Positions 1-11,800 of a stretch of 64,000 nt of DNA are shown one piece after another (positions within the stretch are counted from its first letter, which is position 1; each line of letters begins with the position of its first letter). The translations under genes were made by a program, and so were the position numbers. The DNA is from Paragordius varius (taxonomy: Eukaryota > Animalia > Nematomorpha). The stretch lies in the NCBI GenBank assembly GCA_964247055.1, contig OZ176056.1:1116001-1180000 (forward strand), read 5' to 3'. Under the pieces are notes generated by a model that had not been told where the DNA came from, ran no database searches, and saw nothing but the letters and a program-made list of their open reading frames with translations.

Positions 1-84
1 TAAAAATGTAACATTGTCTTTTAGAAAAAAATTTGTCTTTATATTTTTACGTTTTGTCCCTATAATTTCAATTTTTACTAAAAC

Positions 85-111
85 TATATATATATATATA
101 TATATATATAT
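85..111. repeat. (TA)n microsatellite next to a family B right end (1-80)
   Basis: Pure TA dinucleotide run; similar runs at 5465-5493, 5966-5990, 18472-18492, 18697-18725 and 34531-34553. Confidence 0.9.
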
Positions 112-322
112 GATTTGGTGAAACATTTATAAAAAAAATATCACATAAAACTTTACTTTTCTATAAACAATCAATTATCAGCTACAAAAATAGGGCAGAA
201 AAAGACAAGACTGTTGTATGTCATTAAATATTTCCAGTTAAACAATTATTCAGGAAAAAAATTATATTTTTAAAAACTGGATATTTGTCAATTATTAATT
301 GGCAATAATTTTTCATTATATA

Positions 323-547
323 CCATTTACAATTCAAATTCACCCCCAAATAATTTTTTTAAGATTATATTTTTATATATTTTAAAAAATAAAATTTTGT
401 TTAAAATCAAAATAGTACTCAAAAAATAAAAAACTATGCCATAAAGATATATTTCAAAGTAATAATGAGTTATATTAGTTCGAAAACACATAATTTATTT
501 TTAGAGTGAATTTGAATTGTTCAAGGGTGAATTTGAACTGTAAATGG
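323..547 (+). mobile_element. MITE family A
   Basis: TATA-CCATTTACAATTCAAATTCACCC ... GGGTGAATTTGAACTGTAAATGG-TATA. Confidence 0.85.
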
Positions 548-676
548 TATAATTTAACGATATTGTAAATGTTTTTACCCAATTATTTTAGAAAGTAAAA
601 CGTAATTCAAATACACTTCATCAAGGTATTATTATATGTTAAAAAATATTCAAAAGTGGTTAAATATTAAAATTTT

Positions 677-3600
677 TTAACTAAAATTAAATTCTATACC
701 TTTGATTGGGCATACTGTGTAACAAGGAGCTTGTTTTTGTTTTACATCGTGATTTATATTAACAATGCTTTCATGAGAAGAAAGGTTATTTCTAGCACAA
801 ATATCTGCTGGGTTTTGACAACTATTTTTGGCTGGTTTTCCAATTTTATAATTCATGAGGGAACTTAAGGCATTTTCTTCCCCTAAGAGCAAATGAATAT
901 GAATATAAATTATAATTAATAAATGTTGATATAAAACAAAAAACTTTTTTCTATTGAAAAGTCCCGTTAATTAATTTAGAGGTTTGTTGTAAGAATGAAA
1001 CTGAAAACATAAAAATGTAAAAAATAAAAGATAAAAATTTATTAAATATAAACATAATAATACTATTTAAAACCTTACTATTTAAATGGAAAACATTGCT
1101 AGATATTTGATTTGTAAGAAAAAATCGAGGTTTATAAACTTTTTGATTAAAGTTGACAACACTTTAAAAAAAATAAAATTATACTTATAAGTGAGCCTTA
1201 TATTTCATAGAAGTAAAAGTAGTAAAAAATTATATAAATTCGTAAATTTCTGTTAATAATTAACATTGTCCACCCCATTCAAAATTGCGCAAACATTTCA
1301 CACCAAACTAAATATCGTGAAAAAAAAGTATTACTTTTAACGCTATCCTTCAAATCATTAATGTCAATAGGTGGGATTTTTGGCTTTTTGTCTTGATAAT
1401 AATACCCAGCGATCGTTTCCCCCAATAAAATCTGCCCAAAGTTTAATGGCTCTTTGCTATATAGTATAATAATTAAAATTAAAAAATATAAATTATTGAA
1501 TAAAACGTGTAAAAATATTTTATAAATAAAAATATTTTTTTAAAAGGACAACTGCACTTTTAAAAATTTAGTCTCTTTAAATATATAATTTAGAGACCCT
1601 TGAACAATTTAAATTCACCCTCCTAAAATGAATTGTGTGTTTTTTAAGATCAAAATTTAACTTAAATTATTAATATTTTTAGAATAAGAAATTTTGTTTA
1701 AAATTAATATGATGGTGAAAAAATAATGAACAATGACGTAAAAATATATTTTTTAATAATGATGAGTTATTTTAGCCTGAAAACACATAATATATTTTTA
1801 ATGTGAATTTGAATTGTTCAAGGGTGAATTTAAATTGTTTGAGGGTGATGTTGAATTGTTTAAGGGTGAATTTGAATTGTAAATGGTATATAAATCATAA
1901 TATTGGATTGCTTAATAAAGAATATAGATGTGTAAATAGTCTAGGTGTGAAAACTTTGTTTTTTTAAAAATATTTGTCTTTAAGTTTTTTAATTTATCTA
2001 TATATTTTAAATTTTTATTTAAGTGTCAAAATTTTAAAGTTTAAAAAGAAAATGTATGATATATAAAATATAAAACACGGTAAATATATACAAAGATTAG
2101 AATTTATTTAGCCATTTAGTAACTGTATAAAATAATTAGATTTATATAAAAAAAACTTTACCTAGATTTTTGAGCGGTTAAGATAGTTTTTTGGCTATCT
2201 GTAATATCATTCCCACCAAAATTTCTAATAATATTATGTGAGGAATCATAAATCTTGGCCAATTTTTCTTCCATCTTTTTTAAAGCTAAATTTAAATTAA
2301 AATATTTTTTAAAAATTTTAAAAAATTTTTATACAAAAAGAATTTTAAATAAAAACATATAAAAATTTAATTTATAAACGTAACAAGTAAAGGGCTAATA
2401 TTTCTTATACAACTTAAACTACATATTTTAATATAGCGCATTTTTGAAACAACAAGAGTAAGTAATGTTCTTTAAACGAAATGGAATAAAATAGTTTATG
2501 TGAGAAAAAATCTAATGACTGTATTAATGCGAAAATTTGTCTAATAACATTGTAACTGAATCAATTTTTAGGGTTTTGTGATTAAATTATATAAATCAAA
2601 TTTAAGTGAAAATAATTTAGAAATTGAAAATACTAAGTTTTATGTAAACCAAATAAAAATATTTTGTTTAAAAACAGAATTTATACCTTTAGCTTTTGTC
2701 AAAGCTTTTTTGTCATGAATGCCAATTTTTCGCCGACATTTAACACACAAATTATTGTCTGCGGTCGGCAAGAAATCAGCTGTTTCGATTACATTTGATA
2801 AATTCGTTGATGATTTTGATTTTGTTTTGCTATCAGGAAGGACTGAATTAACATTGGAAGACGGTAAGGGTAAGGGCCAAGGCCATACAAATTTACTTCC
2901 GTAATAATAATTCAAATGGTCCAAAGCCCAGCTTTTATTGTTCGGTTCTGAAGGATTGCTTTGATTTTCTGTATATTTTTGCACATTATTTTTGTTGTTA
3001 TCACCAAGCGCCATATATTGCCTTGTATTTTCCGTTAATTGATCATTCAAATCAAACGACTGTTTTTTCAAATCATTTGGTTCTGGTTTAAGGTTGTTCG
3101 TTGAAAAATGTAAGCTCCTTATTATATCGGCATTGTCATCTATATAAGGTTTTTAAATTTTTTGTAAACTTGTATTATATATAATATTGATAATCATTTC
3201 TAATATAATTTTGTTGAAACATTTTACTCTACACTAAAATAAAGGATTAAGGGTGATTATATTAAGAAAGAAAATTTTTAGTTAATAAAAATAATCGATT
3301 AATAGCAACGATTTTATATTATTGCATGCTTGGTAATATTTTAGTAAAATTTTTATGCAACGCTTTGATTATGAGATGATACCTTAATCAAAAATCCTTA
3401 AAATAATTTTATTAATAAATCCAAAATTTCGGAAAATACGATTTGAATTTAAGCAACTTATATTAAAAAGAACCTAAATTATATAATTCAGCAATGATAG
3501 GAGGGTTTCGGTAGTACGTGCATCTATAAAGACAGGCAGGACTAAAATCAATACTTTTAAACTGATTGACGGTTGGCTTTACAGTAGTTTCTAAAATTAT

Positions 3601-3987
3601 TTAATATAATTTCTAAATTTATTTAATAAATATTTTCAATTTGAAAGAATTAAAAATCATTTTAAAACTAAAAACCATTTTTAGAATCTTTTGGATTTTC
3701 AGCAACACCGGTATTTTCTGCGTAAAGACTAGAATCTAAGATTTAAATTATTCACCAGCAAACTAACTTTTTTCATCATTCAAATCTAATTGGAGTTTAT
3801 TTTTGCCTTGTAGATCATTATATTTGAGCAATGATAAGCTAAGATTTTATATAAAACAATTCTACTACTTGTTAATTGGGACTTTTAATAAAGCTCCTTT
3901 ATATTGAATGCCTTCATACACGGTTGAAACTATGATTATATTTGAAGCAAAGCTTTCAACATCCACAAAAAGTTGCGTTACAGTCAT
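677..3987 (-). CDS. Multi-exon hypothetical protein; 3' exons uncertain
   Basis: Phase-consistent exons 3987-3869 (MTVTQLFVDVESFASNIIIVSTVYEGIQYKGALLKVP), 3838-3768, 3735-3676, 3139-2687 (contains track ORF 2640..3071) and 2285-2162, then an exon from ~1446. The link to terminal ORF 677..892 (acceptor ctcttag near 885) is not resolved. No family recognised. Confidence 0.5.
1596..1886 (+). mobile_element. MITE family A, left end truncated, 4 units in right TIR
   Basis: Family core plus a right TIR ending AAATGG-TATA. Confidence 0.8.
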
Positions 3988-4418
3988 AAATGCAATGTTC
4001 TTATTGAAAACTAAAATCAATTATGTAAATGGTATACTTGAGCATATTTAATCAATTGCAAACGTAGTAACATAAAATCATATATTAAAGTTCTAATTTA
4101 ATATATTTCGTTTCCTACACTCCTTGTGAAACTGAGTGTAGTGTTGAGAAAAAATGGCGTTTTATATAAATTTTCTTACGCAAATTGTAAGGTATATATT
4201 TGCTATTATCGCATTTATTTATACTTTGCCACGAAAAATCATAATTTAGATTTTATAGTGAATTTGATTTTTAATCATTTGCCTAAATAACAAATAATAA
4301 ATATGATTTATTTCATGAAATATACAACAAAGGTAGATAAATAAATATTTTCAATTTAAAGTTTGACTGGAATATAGAGAGTATTTAAAAAATGTAATAT
4401 TTTGGAATTGCATTCAAA

Positions 4419-5462
4419 TCAATCACTATCCGATGCTAATATAATTGAGTTATTGTGTGTATTGTTCAATGAGGTGGCACTCTTCAAAGATATGATTTGG
4501 TTTTGTTGTGAGGGCTCTGACGTGGAATTATTTAAAAGATATGAATATAATTTAATATAAAAAATTATATGTTACGGTAAAAATTAAAGTTATATAATCA
4601 TAACGCAAAAACTAAAAGACAGATATTAACAACCATATTTTATATTATTTAAATATTATATACCATTTTCAATTCAAATTCACCCTTGAAAAATCCAAAT
4701 AAATTATGTGTTTTCGGGCTAATATAAAACATTCTTAATATAAAATGTATTTTTATGGCACAGTTAATTATCTTTTCAAGCTATTTTTGAACGAAATTTC
4801 ATTTTTTAAAAATATGAAAAAATATAGTTGATTTATTCAAAAAAACATATAATTTATTACCAAAGTAAGTTCGAATTTTAAATGATATATGTTTAAATAA
4901 CTACACTCTCTATTCTGCGACCCTAAACGATTAGTTATATTAAAAAATCAGGAAATGCTGTTAACAAACAAAATATATACACTATTAAAACCTTTAAAAT
5001 TATTTAACAAGTAATTTGTTTGGCGACATTTTGGTTCATTGAAGTATTTGGAAGTAGGGTTAGTGTTGGAATTTTCTTTGGAAGATTCATGATTTTTACT
5101 GTTAAATTCATTCAAAAGATTCCGACGAGATTCATAAATCATGTCATCATCGGATTGATAAAAATCTTGAGAAAGTTCAATCCCAAAGTCAGTATTAACT
5201 TTTGTAGATTGATTTGTAGAAGGGCTTTTATGTTTATTAGTTTTAGGTCTTTTTGGTTTTACAGTTAAAATATCGGAACAATCGAGTTCTGTTAAAGGCG
5301 TATTAACAGTATTTTGTTCAACAGCTGGTTCTTCTTGGCTTTCATAATCATCATCTAAAACCATTTCAGCCAACGTAGAAAGTAAGAATTGAGCTTGGAA
5401 ATATTCAGCGATTTGAGATGTTATAAACAGCGGTTTCCCAGGGCAATCTAATCTAAATTATG

Positions 5463-5495
<33 letters not shown>

Positions 5496-5959
5496 ATTTA
5501 CAGTTCAAATTCACCCTTAAACGATTCAAATTCACCCTTGAACGATTCAAATTCACCCTTGAACAATTCAAATTCACCCTTGAACAATTCAAATTCACCC
5601 TTAAACAATTCAAATTCACCCTTAAACGATTCAAATTCACCCTTGAACGATTCAAATTCACCCTTAAACAATTCAAATTCACCCTAAATATATATTACGT
5701 GTTTTCGAACTAATATAACTCATTATTAATGTTAAATATATCTTAGTGGTGTAGTTTATTATTTTTTTAGAATTATTTACATTTAAAACAAAATTTTTAT
5801 TTTTTAAAAATATATAAAATATAGTTTTAATCTTAAAAAAAATATATTTTATTTGAGGGTGAATTTGAATTGTTCGAGGGTGAATTTGAATTGTTCAAGG
5901 GTGAATTTGAATTGTTTAAGGGTGAATTTGAATTGTTTAAGGGTGAATTTGAATTGTTA

Positions 5960-5991
<32 letters not shown>

Positions 5992-8569
5992 CATTTAAAA
6001 ACCCAAAAATTTATATACCATTTATAACTCAAATTCGCCCTTTATTTGGATATCGCCCTTAAAAATGCAATTTCGCCCTTAAAATTCATCTTTCGAAAAT
6101 TCAAGTTTACCCTTATACATTTCAAATTCATCCCTGAACATTTCAAGGCCTAATAATGAATACATATGTATATAAGATAATTAAACTCATTGTAGATATG
6201 AAATAATGGTATAGTGTATCTTTTTTGGCAACATGAATTTTAAAAAAAGGTTTTACTTTTAAAAATTAAAATTATAGATTTTTAATTATCAAAAATATAA
6301 ATTTTAAGGGTAAATTATTTGAAATGTTTAAGGCTAAATTTGAATTCAGTTCAAGGGTAAATTAAAGGTGTATAATAATTTTTCTTTTATTTGATGGTAA
6401 TAACAGACAGGGTAAAAAGTGTTGATAAACTATTCCTATTTAGATCTAAAAAAATTATGCTTTTTTATGATTAAAAAAGATCACTTATATTTTTATATAT
6501 TTTTAAAAATAAAATTACGTTTAAAATTAACATAATACTGAAATAATAATAAACTATGCTATAAGAACATATTTCTTATATTAATGAATTATTTTAGCTG
6601 CCCGAAAAAAATATAATTTAATTTTAGGGTGATTTTGAATTGTTCAAGAAGGGTAATTTTAAATTGTTCGAGGGTGAATTTGAATTGTAAATGGTATATA
6701 TCAAATGCAATATGTGTTACCTCAAGCGTAATAGTTCATTTTAGATAATGGGAAAAATTGTATATAACGTTTGCATTTTCTTACGAAGAATAGCTGAAAA
6801 AATAACATTAATCAAACTAAAAATTATTTAATGACCTATAAAAAATTTTAATGTGTCCGAAAATATTAGTATATTGGGTATTTAGTTTTCGATCTTGATA
6901 ACCAACCAAAATTTTGAAATGTTTTTACCACTTGATTTAAATGTACAAAATAGTTTATAATAATTGTGAGATGATTTTTAATTTTTATCATTATAAATAT
7001 TTTTATTTGTTATCGTTTTATATTTAGTTACATCACATTATGTCAATGTTATTATTTGAATGGTTAACGGGAAAAATTAAATCCTATATCGTTTTTTTCA
7101 CAAAATATGTCAAAGTATATTTTTAATTTTAATATCCACCAAAAAAAAGATACTACTATATATCAAAAATATCGAGTATATAGCTTTGATAAATTTAAAA
7201 GATTTAATTGTTATTATTATGCCATATTCTTTCCACAAAAATTAATTTTAAACCGCTTCTAAAAGCTACAACCATCTAACCTAACACAAATATCAGTTTC
7301 CCGGCCATCCAAATGGTCAAAGAAAGCAAGGGCCGCTTTCAATTCCTGAATGCAGAATGTGAGTTCTATAAATTCTTCATCAATATGCCTATTTTGAGAA
7401 ATTTGCTCTAGCTCAGAATTTTCTTCGATTGGCGTAAACTGACTCATAAAGAAACTCCTGGAACAACCTGTTTTGAACGGTAAGATTGGAGTGATTCCTT
7501 TAAAAGTGTATTGGCTAAAATTGGTTGGATCGTATTTAATACGCGTATCTATACTAGCATTTTTACAACTCTCCAATAAGCTATCATCTTCAAATATATG
7601 GTTTATGGGTTTTCGCGTAAATTTATTTTTAGGATTCATTGTGTTGTTGCTATCATACTCCGGGCCTATGAAATTGTTGGATTGATTAACATAATTTTTG
7701 AGATTAAAGACGGTTTGATTGAATTGAATGGTAATTTCTTCGACCACAGCTGTGAAGTGGGCGGTTAAATCTAGCAAAGTTTTAGCTGGACACACGATTT
7801 TAGCCACGTAACTTGTCCGTTGTTGAGATTCGTCTTCCGCTAAGATCATTGCAAAAAAATATAACATTTTAATCTCGTTTTAACCTAATACTTTAATTTT
7901 CGAACCTTTATTTATGCCAAACATATATTTAATCATAGGATGAACATAAAATGTTGATAAAATTTAGAAAAATACTCTTAATATGTCTTTTTTATTACAT
8001 AATATTAAATCAATAATATTTTTATTTAATTGGTTAAATCATGGTTAATATGATTCAAATAAAGTTTATTTTGAAATTTAGGTATAATTATAAAAATAAA
8101 ATTTCAAAATACTTGGATCTTCTTGTGAGTCATTTAACAAATCGTCTGGAACTATGGCTTCTAACGGTTCACATTCAACGTAAAATAGGTTATACGTTTT
8201 AATGATGTCATGTTTGCAAAAAAGTTTGACAATTGCTTTGTTCAGATCTGTGTTTAGGGTTAATTTTATATAATCGACATTTAGCTTATCATAATTCGAA
8301 AGCGAACGAAATATCTGAATAAGCGCTCGGCATGTTAATTTACAGGGAGGAGTTAATTCTTTCCGTTTTGTTGGTTCATATGGATCAAATTTTTGAAAAT
8401 ACGCCGAATACAAAATTACAGAAAAATAGGCTGATCTGCTAGAATTTATAATTTTAAATGCGATTCCATTGACCAATGTTTCAATGAATACTTCATCGCC
8501 AATTTTATTGAAGGTTTGAATAAGCTTTGAAAACGTTTTTATGTTGGGATTCGCTATCAAACATTTCAT
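4419..8569 (-). CDS. RAD9: Checkpoint clamp (9-1-1) subunit RAD9, 4 exons, 524 aa
   Basis: Exons 8569-8113, 7839-7281, 5452-4992 and 4516-4419 sum to 1575 nt in frame. The N-terminus MKCLIANPNIKTFSKLIQTFNKIGDEVFIE...INSSRSAY matches RAD9A (MKCLV...IGDELYLE...VNSSRSAY). TFCIQELKAAL...CVRLDCPGKPLF...FLLSTLAE matches the end of the PCNA-like fold, and the tail ends ILASDSD*. The exon 3/4 junction is the least certain. Confidence 0.9.
4663..4845 (-). mobile_element. MITE family A, partial, in last RAD9 intron
   Basis: TATA-CCATTTTCAATTCAAATTCACCC followed by reversed core. Confidence 0.7.
5494..5965 (-). mobile_element. MITE family A with expanded 21-bp arrays (9 left, 5 right), between (TA)n tracts
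   Basis: Tandem TTCAAATTCACCCTT(G/A)AAC(A/G)A units at ~5501-5684 and their inverse at 5857-5958. Source of the spurious NSNSPLN ORFs. Confidence 0.92.
6018..6372. mobile_element. Diverged family-A-related MITE
   Basis: TATA-CCATTTATAACTCAAATTCGCCC with degenerate ~21-bp units at both ends. Confidence 0.55.
6450..6694 (+). mobile_element. MITE family A, left TIR lost
   Basis: Core plus 3-unit right TIR ending AAATGG-TATA. Confidence 0.75.
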
Positions 8570-8811
8570 AATAATTTCGTCTGCTAGACCACATGTAACT
8601 CAATATGTTATCAAAAAAATTAAAAATTGTTCAAATATGTTTAAAATACTCCTAAAATTATTTATTATTTATTTTAGGTTATTTTTTAATTTAATAAATT
8701 ATTAAGCTAAAACGTTAAAAAAGTCATATTTTTTAAGGCGCCTTATTTGATTTACGTAACACATTTTTTGCGGGATATGAGCTTGCGCTAAAATTAACTT
8801 GAGCAAAAATT
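8570..8811. promoter_or_regulatory. Putative bidirectional promoter, RAD9 / E2F7-8
   Basis: Only 242 bp separate the divergent ATGs. It contains GC-rich E2F-like words in an AT background: aggcgcct 8736-8743, gcgggata 8770-8777 and gcgctaaa 8785-8792 (the last two one mismatch from GCGSGAAA/GCGCCAAA). Confidence 0.5.
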
Positions 8812-11800
8812 ATGATTTCACCAATAACAACCCAATCTTCTTCAGACTTATCAAGTATCTAAATTATTTTTAAAAATTTTAAATAAATTTTATTTATAAA
8901 AAAAAATTTTTTTAAAGGGACGCCCCCTTCTGTCAAAGTGAAAGAGGAATTTAGTGAAACATACATGTCCCCAAACGCTAACCTTAAAATGTTATTTAGT
9001 GTCATTAGTCCTGAACTGAAAAAAACTTTTAGTAGTAAAGGTGACGATGAAAATCCCAACCACAACAAAACAATAGCGGAATTCGAATCCAATAATACTA
9101 AAGAAAATTATTATATAAGAAGCTCCAAATCATTGAATGTTTTATGTCAAAAGTAATAAAATTTGTTTAAATATTTATAAAAGTTTGTTTGAATTTGCCG
9201 TTAAAAATATTTTTTCCATAGATTTTTGGCGCTTTTTAACGAATATCCGACAGAAACCGTTGTCTTACAATTAGATCAAGTCGCCTTACAATTAAGTAAT
9301 TATTATTATATATATATATTTAAATAATTTTAATCTAAATAGTGTATAGTTATGCAATAAAATGTCTTTTTACTTGTTTCAATGGTTCTTTATATGGAAT
9401 TTTTACAAATTTGGTTTCCATTGTATATCATGCCCCTCTAATTTTAATATATGGGCAAAATTATCGTTATCATAATATACCATTTACACATCAAAAATTA
9501 TCCTTGAACAATTCAAATCCACCCTCGAACTATTTAAATTCACTCTTGATTCCACCCTAAAATAAATTGTGTGTTTTTAGGATTAAAAATTACCTATATT
9601 AATTTATATTTTTTAAAAAAAATTATTTGAAATTAATCTAATACTGTTGTGTATATATTTTTCATATGGATTATATTAAACTTGAAAACACGTATATATT
9701 TTTGGGTGATTTGAATCGTTGTGGGGGGTAATTTGAATTTTACATGGTAACATTTTTTAATTAAATTAAAAACCGCTTTTTGGTCATTTTAATAATATCT
9801 AAAAAGAAAAAACAAAAGATAAGTTTTTTTCTATGTACATTTTTGCTTTAACTTTATATTTTATATAAATTGTACAAACGAAAATTGTATGTTTAATATA
9901 TATATTATTTACAATTCGAATTCGCCCTCGAACAATTTAAAATCACTCTTCAACAATTCAAATTCACCTTAAAAATTATGTGTTTTCGGGCTAATGTACC
10001 TCATTAATATGAAATATATCTGAATGGCATAATCTATTATTTTTTCAGAATTATATTTTTAAACAAAATTCCACATTTTAATATAAAAAAACACAAGTAT
10101 TTTTATATTTTAAAAACACTTTATTAGGGTGATTTTAAATTGTTCGAGGGTGATTTCGATTTGTTTAAGGGTAAACCTCAATTGTTCAAGGGTAAATTTG
10201 ACTGTAAATGATGTATTAAAAAAATATTCTTTGGAAAATACCCTGTCTTTTAGTTTTTTTTGTAAACCAAATATAAATTTAATTTTTCTGTGATTCATAT
10301 GTGATAGAGGTTGAAAGAAGACGCATATACGATATTATTAACATTATGGAAAGTTTAGAGATGGCCACCAAAATTGGCAAAAATCAATACCAATGGCATG
10401 GAAAAAGCAATCTTAAAACCTTTCTACAAAAACTTAAAGTAAATTATTTATGATTTTAAATCGTAATTTATTTAAAATGATGTTCTTCTGAATTTTAACT
10501 CATTTTATAAAAATATTTCAATGTTGAAATTTAAACAATGTTTCCAGGTATTTTCGAAAATTGTAGGATTTTATTTCATTCCTAATATAATCATACCGAA
10601 ATATTATTAAAACTTATTTGGTACCTTATAAAAAAATTTTGAATAAGGTTATTACATATACCTTTGTTTGAAAATAAAAGTATTTTTTGGAAATTTTTGA
10701 AAGTCAACATAATTGTTTAAAGAGGTTTGTGTTAATATAATTTAAATATTCTATAAATTCCGGATTAAAACAAATTTTATTTACTATGTATCATAGTTGT
10801 ATAATATATTTTCCTAGGGTGTAATTAGATACATTTAAATTTAATATTCACTCATATATTTTCATGATTTTAAAAATTCTTTTAATATATGAAATAAACA
10901 GGATTATGGTGATTTACTAAAGGCGGCATGCAAAGAAACCGTAAACGATACAACAAAAGCTTCTGACTTACCATTATCCTTGGGGGTAAAAGAAAGCAAA
11001 TTCGAAAAAATGAATAAAAGTTTATCACAGGAAAAATGCGCCACCACCAACAATCACGAAAATATGAATGTTTTTTCGATCGAAAACAAACAACCTTTTA
11101 GATCTTGTCTTAAACTGTTTTCAAACGCTCAAAATACTACTTCAGAAGATGATGGCAATAATCAAATATGGAATGACATTCAACAATCTTATTCTAATTT
11201 TAATAATAGCTTTTCTAATGTTAATTTCAATGTTAATTCGCCATCCCAAATATATTCCCCCTACCCATACTTTAATGCTTACGGTTTTCCAACATTTCGA
11301 CAATCCCTGGGAATTTTGTCACAAAAATTTTTAATACACCTTTTATCTGCACAGGTTATTTTATATATGCAAAGTTTTATATTATCATAGCTATGGTTAC
11401 TTATTTTACACTATACTAGGAGGTGAATTTGCGAAAAAACAACATTTAAATGTTGAATAAATAATTATAACCTTTCTTTTTTATCCATACACTCCTGTAA
11501 TGTTGAAATTCCTTACTATAGTGTGAAATAAGCATTATAGAAATGCATACTGTATTTCGTTACATACTAAAATTATTAATATTAAACAATAAAACATATG
11601 TATTATTTTCTTGTAAAGTATAATACTAAATTGTTTAAAAAAGATTGTTTCCTATGCTAAAAACCCAAATTCATTTCCATTACCCTATACCAAGTAATAA
11701 GTTAAATAACGGGTTAACTAAAACAGTGGTGTCCAACATAAAAAAGGCAAAATATATAGTCATTAATAGATATTAAGATCTTAAAAACTACTACTATTAT

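Noticed and set aside
1390-1446. NFGQILLGETI resembles TM9SF NLGQVLFGERI
   Set aside because: No other nonaspanin features lie around it; a short chance match.
5458-5687. Overlapping ORFs of (NSNSPLN)n / (RVNLNC)n and a CRISPR-like look
   Set aside because: These are translations of the 21-bp TIR array of MITE A. The units are contiguous with no spacers, so it is not CRISPR and not a gene.
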